This document shows, in pieces, positions 24,266 to 36,086 of a stretch of DNA of 64,000 bases; within the stretch, counting starts at the first letter, position 1, and every line of letters begins with the position of its first letter. The notes beneath the pieces are model-generated. The model did not search any database. It worked only from the letters and a program-made list of their open reading frames with translations, and was not told the DNA's origin. The stretch is from Rhodosorus marinus CCMP1338 (taxonomy: Eukaryota; Plantae; Rhodophyta): contig JAMWBK010000009.1 in assembly GCA_029953675.1 (NCBI GenBank), positions 1,488,001-1,552,000 on the forward strand, read 5' to 3'. A program made the position numbers and the translations under genes.

Positions 24266-25981
24266 CTAGGAACTCATACTCTGTATGTCATCTTGGGAAA
24301 TCCCCAGGAGGTAGAGTACACTGGTCAAGCTGCGGCTGTGGATGCGCCCGTATACTAGGCCGTCGACTGCTTCGGGCTATGTTGAGATTCAAGCATGTAG
24401 AAACAAGAATCAGAATCAATCGGAATCGAGTTCTTCGCCAACCACTGAGCGCGGCTATCCGCTCGATTTTGTGCTTCGCACCTGATCAAAAGCTACTGCA
24501 AGTCCAGCATGTGATAACATCTTGCTGGAAACAGGTCCATCACCTACGGCGATGACCTGTTCAGTAGTGATTTTCTCATGCATCAGCAACATATCGAGTA
24601 GATCCCTCTTTCGACGAGCATCCACCGCTGGCGTTCGCAACTCCCCGGAAAACTTGTCTCCTTCAACCAGGAACTCATTTCCGTATGCAAAGTCCTTCAC
24701 CCGGACGAAAGCCAAGAAACGGCAACCGTTTTAACACAAACTGAAAAAAATTCTTCATCTCCTTGGGGAGAATGAAACCAATCTGCTTACCAATCCAAGC
24801 GTCGTCTTCACGGCATCTGCGATCAGCCTTGGCCCTCTCGAAATCACAGCCGTCTTGTATCCCAACTTTTTCAGAGTTCGGACTACTTCAAACGCCCCGG
24901 GTGTATAAGTCAGCTCAGATAAGGCCTTTTCTAGGACTTGAGATACTTGTAGACCTTTCAATCTTGACACTCTCTGTTCCAGCTGCTCGGCGTAGTCTGA
25001 GATATCGTGTTCTCTTGGCATCTATTCAATGTACAGGATTGATCATTGTCGGTTGTTCCCTTGTCTGTTAGTTGAGCCACACGCGAAAGTGTTGGCCTCG
25101 CAAACTTGGTTACCTCTTCAGATTCCTCAACGCCAGCAGATTTGAAGAGGATATCATTTGCATCTGAACTGATTAAAGTATAGCTGAGATCGAATACGAC
25201 CATTCGTTTTGCGCGCTGCAAGAGTCCCGCTCGTTGTATGGCGATATCGCCTCTGGCTCTCTTGCCGAGGAGGAGAAGCCCTTCGCGCATCTTCTCAAGT
25301 TGACGGAAGAGGTCTTTCTCGGCGAGACGAACGGAGAACTCGTAGGAGATGAAACCGTTGCTCTAGCATATTATGGGAAGAAGAAATGATGAATGTGAGC
25401 AGAGGGAAATACCAATCCGTGGTTGAAGAGCAGCGCCACTTGAGGCTAGTCGTTGATCGCGGGTCAGAAAAGGGCTGCCTACCCCCCGGCTGAGGCTGGT
25501 AATAGTTTCAATGTTTCCGTTGTACTTGGCGATGACTTGGCAGATATCCACAAGGAATGCGCTGGAAGCTGGGCCGACGGGACTGATCATTGTGATTACA
25601 AATACCTACGATCACATCCCGATTGGCGTAAGCGAGAAAGTTCGTTCCTCAGATATTTTTCTAGATGGATCTCACCTGACCGGGCTCCGAAACGACCCTG
25701 TTCTGGACCACATCAAACTCGACAAAGAGCTTCATGGCGTGAGCGCATAGCAGGAGCTCCTTCACAATATCCGTCTCACGCTGTCCCTCCTCATCACTCA
25801 ACTCAATAACTAAAGTTAGCGTAAACTCATCCTGAACAATGAACTGCCTTATATCCACCAATACTGCTTTCGCCTTCTCCAAAGCCTCCAAAACTGAAGG
25901 CAAACCAGCAGAAGTTCGCTTCCCACTTATTGTCGCAATTAATCTCCTCTCTCGTTCCCGTTGCTCTCCGCCCTCACCCAT
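24266..25981 (-). CDS. ACT-ACT-HAD phosphoserine phosphatase (SerB)-like protein with degenerate catalytic motifs
   Basis: Two ACT-like domains, then DIAIQR..RMVVFDLSYTLI, LTYTPGAFEVVRTLKKLGYKTAVISRG, VIAVGDG, and a C-terminal SLTSVLYLLGI. Confidence 0.85.
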
Positions 25982-27184
25982 TCTTACCTCAAAACTTTTC
26001 TACAACTCACAATTTCCAATTCGTTAAGAAAATAAATAAAAATTACTATCATCAAGATCCCTTCTCATTCACTAGGTAAAATCCCTCAAAAAAAAACAAA
26101 AACCTAAGCTCACATTTCCCCTTCCTCTCTCTATTACCATCAATATCGCTTTCCTCTTCCATCATCATCTCCAATCCGTTAAAAATGTCCCACCGTCGCT
26201 AAGTGCACGACACGCAATAACCCAAATGGGTAGTTTCGTTAATGAAGTTGTTGGGTCAAGGACTGTGACGCGGAGAGGCTATTTTGCTCGGTTTTCGTTC
26301 GCAGTAATTCCGTTTACTGAGCTTAAGGACGATGTACATGCTTGGCTTTTCAGAGCGCTTCGCTTAACCGAGGTTAAACGGAAGTTACCCCGGTCAGCAC
26401 AATGTCACTGGATAGACGGTTTTTGGCGGAAGCCGAGCAGAACAAAAATTCGGTTTGCCTTAGTTTATACGTGAGATTGCTCGCCGTTGATGTAAACCGA
26501 TCTGTCTGCCTGATGTACGAATCTGGACTGAATCTTTGGGGTTTGAGTCGTGGTAGATGGTTCGATTCTAGGTTGGCGATGATGGTGATGTGCCATTGGT
26601 ACTAGATCTGTAAAGACAGGGTGGAGTGTCTGTGCTTGTTTCGCTTTTCTAAGGAGGGCATAAGCTCAGCATCTGAGAAGGGGTACGGTGGGGTGGAGGT
26701 TGGTTCAGTTTTCCGCTCTCGTTCTGTGTCAAGTTCTTAGCCCTTGAAAAAAAACGGAGTCACATCCGCGCGATAGCTCGAGACCTGTGCGCTAACCCTT
26801 CCCCCTACCCCTCCTTTATCTGAGATTCGCCCGTCCCGTGCAGGACTTGCGTTTATACGCGCAGGCCTGAGATTCTCGGTTCACGGGTCTCCCGGCCCTC
26901 GACAAGTCTATGTGAAAATCCTCTGTACGGACCTTATATCTCTATCCCGTGCCGTCACTCAAATCGTTATAACGCCGGGGCCCATTTCGTGCTCACCATA
27001 TGGGTCGCGCGTCGAGCGCATTGCTTTCTCTACAAAATAATAATATTTAGTTATGCTCAATAGCTGCGAATAAACTAGTCAGCGCAAACATCCACCAATC
27101 TCAAGCCGGCGAGTGTCATCCAAAAAGTGGAAATCACGTTTCCCTCTGACGCAGGAGAAACCCAAACACGCTTGTGCACAAAGT

Positions 27185-29036
27185 TCAAGACTGCGTTTCC
27201 ACAATTGCGCCACATACTCCTACGATATGAGTCCCGCTCTTCTCCCTCATTGGCCCGGTCACTTGGAGGAAACTCTTCCCATCCCGTGTGAAGATGTTTT
27301 GCGACATTTTCCCAGTCAAGGCGGATCGATACACTTGAAGATCATCCGTCGTACCCTGTGGACTCTCCATGTTCGACTTGATCTTCAGTCCGGCCCGAAT
27401 TACGTTCCCATGCACACCATACAGCTCCGGACCCGATACTTCCTTAACCACTAGGTCCGCGTTAGCTGTCCATACCACCATGCGGAGGGATCGCAGGATG
27501 TTCGCTTTGCTTCCGCTCGTTATTCTCTCAATCGCTTGCAGATCCTCCCTGTTATCGAGCAATCTGTAATCGGTAGAAGAGTTTGGATACTTTGGAACCG
27601 TCGCGTCAGAAGCAGTTATCTGGCTCGGCTTTGCCGGTCGCTCCCCGTAAGCTTGTTTCGGCTCTTCCTTAACACCCAAGGTTGGTTTTTCCTCCATATG
27701 CTTCAGCGAGGTGGACGCTAGTACCAACGACTGCAGGCTAGTCATTCCATGGTTATTTCCACCCTTATGTCTCTTCGACGGTGATTTGTAAGCAACATTC
27801 ATCGTTCTCTTCATGTCGTGGCCCGCTTCCTTATCTGTTTGATCAAAGCCCATAATCCTGTCGCGAGGCGAGCTCTTTTGCTTCCTCTGCTCAGTTGACC
27901 TGTTGTCCTCGTTCGATCCAACCTCATTCGTGATCTGCGATGTCGGAAGGGGGCCGAGTAGGGGTTCGCTTCGCATCTGCCCGCCAGGAATAATAGCCTT
28001 CTTCTTGTGCTCAGCCTTTCCCGTATCTTCAGCATAGCAATCCTCACCATACGATGGGCAATACGCTCCACGTTGAGCCGTGCATCCAGATCCCTTAAAG
28101 CACGCGGAGATCCAAAAGTCAGCTCGAGTATTCAGATATCCAAGTTGATCGACGGGGCATTTTTCTCCTACCTCCTGATGACGCGTGGAATACGGGGGCT
28201 GGGGGTAGAACTGCCACGTTCCATAGCCATCTACGTGATAGCCCATCTCGGCTGCTGCCCCGTTGTTCCTGCCGTATGGTGCTCTCAAGTACTCTTGCCT
28301 TTGAGGATGGGTTGCACTCGGATACGCGCAGGTTCCACAGGCTTGGGAGTAATGTGCATGATAGTCAAAAGGGGTTGGCGCCACGTATCCAGCTTCCATA
28401 TAATAGGACACGGCTCCGTTGGGTGCTCCTGGACCCACAAACTCGTGGCTTCCACAGCGATAACCGCCTGGCCCGCCGCTCTGGCGCTGGATGACACTCG
28501 CTGCAACTGGAGCATGAGATTCATTCTGGACGATATGGCCACCTGCAGTTGGGGGTCGCTGTTTCAGATCCTGTCCTTCTGCACCTGTTGTCGAAGGCGT
28601 CCGAGTCTTGTGGCTGACGTGATGGTCATTCGCAGGGTTAATAACTTCATTCTTCTTCTGGCGCACGGACTGAAGCTCGATATTGCATAGCTCCTTGTCC
28701 GCGTTGAGAGAATCTTCACTGCGCAGCTTCTGGGCTAGTTTGTCCAACGCACGGAGCTTTCTATGTGGCCATCTTTTGATACCATGAGTTCTACACTGCT
28801 TCTTGAGAACAGTCACGCAGATTTTCAGCTCCTTCGCAGCTGCATCTATCGGAAGGTGAAAATACTTTGCCTAAAACCATTTGCGTTTCCTCTTTCAGCA
28901 ACCTTACTTGGTCAAGCTAATGCAATGCACGACCTACCAGCTCCGCATGCGAGATACTCTTCGCCCTTCCGCCGCTCCTCTTCTTCACAATTGGCGGTTT
29001 CAGTTTGTTTCCTATCGATACTTTCATATCACCCAT
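27185..29036 (-). CDS. RWP-RK transcription factor with a C-terminal PAS-like domain, 2 exons
   Basis: SISHAEL|AKYFHLPIDAAAKELKICVTVLKKQCRTHGIKRWPHRK at the N-terminus, a low-complexity middle region, and a C-terminal VVWTANADL..YRSALTG..TGPMREKSG.IVGVCG. Confidence 0.9.
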
Positions 29037-30609
29037 GATGGCCGGACGAGGCTCATGCCTCAAGCTGCTTGTCTTCGCAGTACCTATCGATACTGCAGCT
29101 GATTGAGTTCACGTCGAACGAAAAAAGGGTTCGTCAAAATTGATCTCATTTCAACGTATTGAAGCAGTGGATATGCATCTACAACAAGAGGAAACTGTTC
29201 TCAATATGAAAGGGATTCCCTTTGACACACTCACCCATATCTAGAGCCCGTTTCATCCAAACTCGAACCTTCTTTTCTCAACTGGTGCCGACGTGTCAAC
29301 GAAAAAAGGGAAGGACCGGAACTCTGCCGGAACGAACGCCAAACTACAGTCCGGAGAAGAGGGGACCTCGCAGTTGGACAACACAAGCAGCCCCTCCCCA
29401 ACAACACACCCACACACGAAAAGTGGACGACCAACCAATCAGTCAAAGACCCTTATAAAATCTCTTGCTCCCCATCTTCCCCATATAATTCTCACTCCCT
29501 AAACCCAAACCTTACTCTCCTCTTAACAAAAACTCCAACTCTTTCCCCAACTACCCCTCCCTCATTCCAATCCTCCTCTGCTCCTTTATTTTCCCTCAAT
29601 TCCAGCCCACAGTTTCACGAAACTTGATCAAACCAAACCCAAACCAACAAAAATACCTACCCTTAAACAAATAAAATTCAATTTCAAAAAATTCACATCT
29701 CTTCCCCCCCCCCTCCCGCCCTCTGTTCTTCTTCTCTTCGAAATACCTCCAAAAGCGACAAAAAAGCCCCCCTGAAGAGGCCAGAACACTGCAGTAAAAC
29801 TATAAATATTTTCAATATTATAGTGAAAAAATTACAGCGAATGAAATGGCTTAATTACAATTCGTGTCTTTTTGTGTTGCTTTTGGACCAATCTATTTTT
29901 ATTTTACAATTCACAGATAAAATTGCCTTTTTAGGAACAGTCAAATCTCCTTTCCATTGGTCGCAAATCTCCATGTTTCCATCGTCTGCTACACTAGTTC
30001 AACCCCTCCTACACCACCATGTAATACGCGATATTCTTTTTTGTAGTAATATTTATCTTATATGTTTTATCTAGTTTTTGTAAAAGAGGCGAAAAACTTT
30101 ACCCCTCTGGAGGCTTAATTGCAAGAGGTGTATCCTCTATCACCTATTTCGCGAACTACACCTTCGTATCTCTGGACGGGTATGTTATTCTTCCTTCTCG
30201 TATATTTGTGCTTTTATGAAATATTTAAAGACTCCGGCACAGAAAACATCAGGGTAGACCTATGGGCTAATCTCCCTCCCCCTAAATCCTGCCATTCCGC
30301 CGCTCACATACCACGGAGGTCTATATATTATCGTCCTCGGGACGTGGAACCCAGCTGAATGGCCGTGAAAAAGCCTTTCATTTATATTTGAAGTTTTTCG
30401 AAAACCAAGTGAAAAGTGGTGGCCCAAGAAACGAAGAAAAAAACTAAGAGCAATAGACCCTGATCGATTTTGATTCGATACAGGGGAGAGAGGCTTTTTC
30501 CGCGTTTTCGTGGAATCGTGGTTGTCCCAAGTCTGTCTCTACCCCTAACGGACACAGTGAATGCAATGGAGTACCTTTGGTTTTAGTAAGAAACGAAATT
30601 AATCTGAGG

Positions 30610-31230
30610 AATTGAAATGGTGCAGCCCCACTACTTTTTGTGATACATATCCATTGCCATGGTTCGAGTCGCCGCTTTGTTGATTGGTGTAGCTCACCAA
30701 GCAGATCCTGATTTTTATTTGTGAAAGGTTGTCTTAAACTTTTTGTTCACCAACGCCCCTGAAAACAAGACATTTTTTTTTTCATGGATCGAGGTTTCAA
30801 CACACGGAATATAAATATCTATTGCCTGGGCAAAACGCTGAAGCGTTGTTAGGAAGTAGATCACCTTCCACTTATACCCTCCTTCCGAATGAATGATGGC
30901 CAACATAGCGCAGAACGTTTAACCCGCCTTATATGGATGTAGAAAAGAGTGTATTGTTTATAGCATAGATTAAAACCGGATTTAGTAGAAAGAATTCGCG
31001 GCTGCATCACCCCTGCCTCTTGCTTCCATAGGGAGAGAACAAGAACTGGCAAGGGGTAGAAAAAGATTCTATAGTTCGAAGTGGGTCGGTTGATGAAATA
31101 AATGAAAAAACAGCGCTGGATTGGTTCTATATTCATTGGTTGATACGGGGATACACATGGCGATAGGGAGTTAGGGCAGACCTGGACAAGAAAAAGTATT
31201 GGGCACTGCTGGTAGCCCTTAAATGAGAGT
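30610..31230 (+). mobile_element. Possible heavily decayed Ty3/gypsy RT-RNase H relic
   Basis: Collinear short motifs across shifting frames: GAAPLLFV, DTYPLP, FTNAP, INIYCLGKTL, LKPDLVERI, THGDREL..ALLVALK. Spacing is shortened and the YxDD motif is absent. Confidence 0.25.
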
Positions 31231-33187
31231 TTACTTACTCACGAGAAACAACTAAATCCAACCCATTCAATAGGAAGTTTTTGCCTCCAAATGTTTTAGT
31301 ACCCCTTTAGCAATTGTAGTCAGTGTCGGCTATCCAGCGTCGTAAAAGTATGGGGGAAGGGGTGCGCCGATCTGTCTACGACTCTCTAATAATTGTAACA
31401 AATCAATGAGCACCAGATCTCACTCGAATCTCTTCCTTCATTGGATAAAAGTGACCTTTTGAATTTGGGGTTTCTCTATTGATTGGATAGCGACTTAGAA
31501 CGTCAAATATTATCTAAAAATGAATATTCGATCACATAGAGTTTTGCGTGGCGGCGGAATCAATCCTACACACAGCCAAGGATCGTTTGGGAGAAATGAA
31601 GGAGTATCATAGAGAGGCGTTAAGCTAGACGCTAGCTTGTCGCACACAAAAAGATTAGTCAGTTAAGAAAGATCAAAAATTTCCGTTTTGGAAAATCTGA
31701 GCGTCCTGACCGATTGTCTGCTGGACTAGCATGTTTTTTTTCAATGTTTTGGATCGGTTTTAGGGTGAGCGTGTAATTTTTTTTCGCGGTCAACGAGAGG
31801 CGGAATTTTGGTCAATCAGGGGTTTACACGAGCATTCCATTGGTTTTGGGACGGGGCGGATGCGTTTCTAGGCTGAGGTGGCTTCTCGGGAAAATCTCGG
31901 TTTTGTCATTGCCGCTGCAGACACGCGGATTGTGAACTCCTAGGACAATCTGTGTGGAAAGCGTCTAAGCGCGATTTTGTAGTCATCCGTTTATCAGAGC
32001 CTGGCTAAGTCGATAAGAGGGAAACATACCCCACGTGCCGAGACAGTTACTCCAGGCAATTCCTTGCACCCCGCTTCGCAGCTTTTCTCACTGACTAGAC
32101 CCTAGTAGTTTTTCTCGCTGATTTCTTTTTACTTTACTCGATCAATTAGTCCTCGGGCGCGTTTTTTGTCCCCAAAGACAAGGCGTGAGCTGTTAGTCAC
32201 ACTCGAACTACAATGCGGATGAATACGACGCTTTTGCTCTTCGACTATTAATGAGTTGTCACTAAATCCGGATACCCGCTTGGGTCCAGTACATCCGCTC
32301 ACAATTTACCTGCCGGGACCCCCACGGTGCCCCCGCGAACTCCGATGCTCTCGCTGAGCCTTATTTGCCGCTTTCGCAATCGCGTTCCCACACACGCGCG
32401 AATCCTTGCTTTCTACAGGCTTAGCTAGTCCGGCTATGAACATATGCTCAACACACCGTTTGCTTTCCTCGTCGACTCGCCCCCGTTTTAAGGTTTGCAG
32501 AGACTCTGGATGGGTCGCTTCCCTGTCGTTGGTGGTCCGTTTTCGACTGTGCAATTATATAAAGGGTTATCAAAAGCAGTGAGTCGCAAATATGTAGCGG
32601 AAAGCTGATATGAGTTTAGTGTGCTTACCGACTGCCAGCCTCCGATTGACCATGCAGTATTGTGTGGATTTTGGACAAGGACGGTGAGCCACCACTTCGG
32701 CCGGGGTCAAAGTAGATGTCTGCTCGCCAGTCCTATAGGAGCGCTGGATGAATCTCCCTGGAAACGGACCTGATTACGTTTGGCGCTTTGGGGGCGGGGG
32801 GAGGGGGTTGTGTCCGTTACCCTTTGGGCTAAGAAAACGCATCTGCTCATCCTGAAATGGAGTGCGTCCGCGAATGATCTGATCGCCGAGAAGGAATCGA
32901 GCGGCCAGTAAATTCCATGAGAAGTATTCGATGCTTAGGGCATCTATATACAACCGAAGCTTTAGATCTCAACTACAACCAAGCCAAGTCTATGTCAAAT
33001 AGTACTCCAAGCGCAACGGCGAGCTGTGGGCCCAGTTGGCGCTTGTCGGTGTCCTGTGCAACCGTTTGCGTGCAGACGTTTTCTCCCGTGCGACCGGCAA
33101 CCGGTCGGCGCAGCGAGTGGACTCCCGCGCCACTCCTAGTTTTAGTGTTTTGAGCGTCATTCTTTCTCTGTTCGGGCAGCCGACGAG

Positions 33188-33892
33188 CTATTTTCTCTTG
33201 GCCAATTTCTCCGCAAAATATTTCTGCTCTTCGAGCTTCCTCAGCACACGGTTTTGGTCTTGAAGCTCGCGACACTTCATATACCTGGTAGGAAAGCATT
33301 GCACAACCACTTCCTCAGAGGAGTTTTCAAAAACTTCCAAAGCTATTCATAAGCATCAGCAGTACCCTCTCGTGAGATCTAGAGCATTCCCTAAAGGAAA
33401 GAGAATCACGAGCGGCGCTATTTTTGTCGTCTTGAATCCAGCTGCGAGCCCGATCACAGTACCACACATCGTAAACGTCCAAGCATTATTCGCAAGGCAT
33501 TCAGTGAAGCTGACGATTTGCAGGAACAGAAGACGAGTCGCGTTTGAGTGCATACTGCAGGAATATGTTTTCAGTCAGTAATTTTGAAACACTCACGTGT
33601 CAGTTTGCAACGTATCCTCAAGGTACGATATTCTCGCTTTCACATCCTCCACCTTGGTCCCTCTCTGATCTAGCAGCTCCTGATCCAGACCTCGCGCCAC
33701 GGATTGCCTCCATTTCTCAGGCGTCCGTTTTAGGGCTTCCTCCCTAGTAACATAAGTGCTCTCACCGAAGTCGTTCTTCACCCACACAACCTGCCTTTCT
33801 TTCTCCTGATCCGTAACTTGCGGAGTGTCACTCGGTTTCCATGCTCTATCCGAACCCCTCCAGCTCGGTTCTATCGGTTGACCTTCGCTCAT
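33188..33892 (-). CDS. Hypothetical small membrane protein (about 195 aa, 3 exons)
   Basis: Exons join in frame through GT-AG introns. It contains a hydrophobic hairpin (FTECLANNAWTFTMCGTVIGLAAGFK..APLVILFPLGNALDLTRGYMKC) and a charged coiled-coil tail. Confidence 0.6.
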
Positions 33893-34803
33893 TCTTCAAG
33901 GCCTCATAAATTTCAAACCTCACAATTGCTTCCTCAACTGCATCAAAAACAGCCAAAAAGATCCACACACTATCACAAGCTCAATAGTAACCTTTTCAAA
34001 CCACGACTACTTCTCCCACGAAAATCTCCTCGGTTCATCTGCCAGGCACAGCACTCAGCAAAGGCATCGTTCCGATCAACACGATCGTCGCCACCGCCAC
34101 CAAGAACTTTTTTCTCAGCCAAAAGCCCGGCCCATCTCAGCCACAAGCAACAAGAGAACGCTCTCCTCTTGCTCTGCGAAGGATCAGACTGTCGACAAGG
34201 TATTTTCGATGTACATAGCGAGCAGAGAGATGAGGATTTAGTTGCAGACCTGACATTCACCAGTGACCATCTTAGTACTTGCACTGGGGTGAGTAGAGTC
34301 CGCAACGAAAGACTAGGAGAATCGGACGGTTTTCCAACATGGTTAGGCCCTTTGACGCTGCGCTCGAGTTTTCTACTGCGTTGGATTCAGTCAAGTAGCT
34401 TTGGCAGAACTCGTACAGACATCTTCGCCTTCGGTTTGGCTTGATAGTGGGATTATTGGTGCTTTTTTTCAATCACTCTTTTTTGGGTGCGTCCACTGCT
34501 GGTTTCCTCGCTTTTGGAACGGAACAATATCCTTCCAATCGCTAGTAATGGAGCGATCTAGATCAAGAACCGTCTGAATGAATCGAAAGATCAGATCACT
34601 CCGTCAGATTAGTTGACCTCTTTCGGCTCTGGCGCTACTGCCACCCCTCCCGATCGATTCCAGGCAACGCCGAAACCAGCTGAACTTCCAAGACGTGGAT
34701 GTCCTTCAGAGTCGACAAGAATTGATCCCGCTGGAGAATGAATCAATCTACGACCATATATTTGATTGCACTTGGAGATCGAGTTCACAAACAAAGATCA
34801 ATT

Positions 34804-35531
34804 ATGGCAGAACAGTTGAAGAACAAAGATGGCATGGTGGTTGAAGGGAGCTGCCATTGTGGCAAGGTCAAGATTAAGTTCTTATCTTACACTCCCTGCC
34901 CCTTCAATGTGTGCCACTGTCATACGGATACGAAAACAGCTGGTGCGTACAATGTGAACATAATGGGCGTCACAAGCAGCCTAGAGGTGAGTTTCATCTG
35001 GTTCCGTCTGTTTAGCTATTGCAGCGAGGGTTTTGGTTACTCATTTGTCTCCCACTCTCTTTTCTCGGTAGGTCACTGGAAAGGAACACTTGCAGACATA
35101 TAGGGCCGTACTTGAGAACCCAGATGGGACCACGAAATTGTCACAGCATGAGCGCAAATTCTGCTCGCACTGTGCAAGCTATTTGTACGCTTGGGATGAG
35201 CGATGGGAAGCCGCTTTCTATCCATTCTACTCCTGTATCGATACTTCACTCCCCGTCATCCCAACGACACAGCAGAACCATATGATGCTGGAAAGCAAAA
35301 TGGATTTTATACTCGTAAGCTGCTCCCAAAGAAAAAAACAGTTACACCGACTACTGGCACGTAGCGCAGCGATCTTCAACATTCAATTGATGCTCTTGAT
35401 CTGTTGCTCTTTGTAATTAGGTTCCTCCTGGAGTCCCCTTGGAGAACATGTTTGAACAGTTTCCGAGCAGATCGATTGCGAAGTGGCATCGCGACCATGG
35501 CTATTTCGTCCCTGACGATATACCTTCGTAG
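34804..35531 (+). CDS. GFA/CENP-V (Mss4-like Zn-binding) family protein, 3 exons
   Basis: EGSCHCGKV, CHCHTDTKTAG.Y.VNI, RKFCSHCAS, CIDT.LP, and SIAKWH. Confidence 0.85.
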
Positions 35532-36086
35532 ATGCTTGCCATTGAGAGCCAAAGCTGTAAAGGATTTGTCGGTATGGTACAGTTTAGAAAGATTTCGAAA
35601 ACCAATCGACGAGAACCCTCCAACGCTCCGGTCTGCGATAAAATCAAGAAAATGCTTTCGGGAGCGCAGCACATCTTTTTTGCGCTTCCTTTGTTCATCG
35701 ACCAGTCGCGAGTGCCTCCATGGATCAAGCAAAGGAACCGAGCTAGATCCACCTAGACCCTGGCGCGAGTCGCTCCTGATTCCCTGTATGCCAAAGACGC
35801 TGCATGATCTTTTGGAAAATGACAAACGATGAAGGGATCCTGCATCGAAACGGTTCTTCGGTAGGCCCGACCACCTGCAGCAAGCACTAGATCGGAGATC
35901 AACCAAATCAGTAAGGGGCAGCATATACTGTCCGTAAGGGGGGATCAGAAAGTATATATGAGCCTCAGAGAGAGCGGAGGGAGTTGGGGGGTCTGGGTTG
36001 AGGGGAGCACCTCGGTGAACGAGGTGATGAGAACTACAGTGCAAGGCTTATTTTGTAATAGGAGCATCTTGTAGGATTAGCTGATA

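Noticed and set aside
26545-26580. GGTTCGATTC tRNA T-loop-like motif (similar at about 30660)
   Set aside because: The T-stem does not pair and no cloverleaf forms.
26792-26799. CTAACCCT, a possible telomerase RNA template
   Set aside because: An 8-mer is expected about twice by chance in this window, and no Pol III promoter or other support is visible.
32296-32460. ATTTACCTG resembling the U1 snRNA 5' end
   Set aside because: It mismatches ACTTACCTG, and no U1-70K loop, U1A loop or Sm site follows.
35376-36044. 222-aa minus-strand ORF overlapping the GFA 3' end
   Set aside because: It has a non-ATG start, overlaps a supported gene, and shows no motif or consistent splice model.
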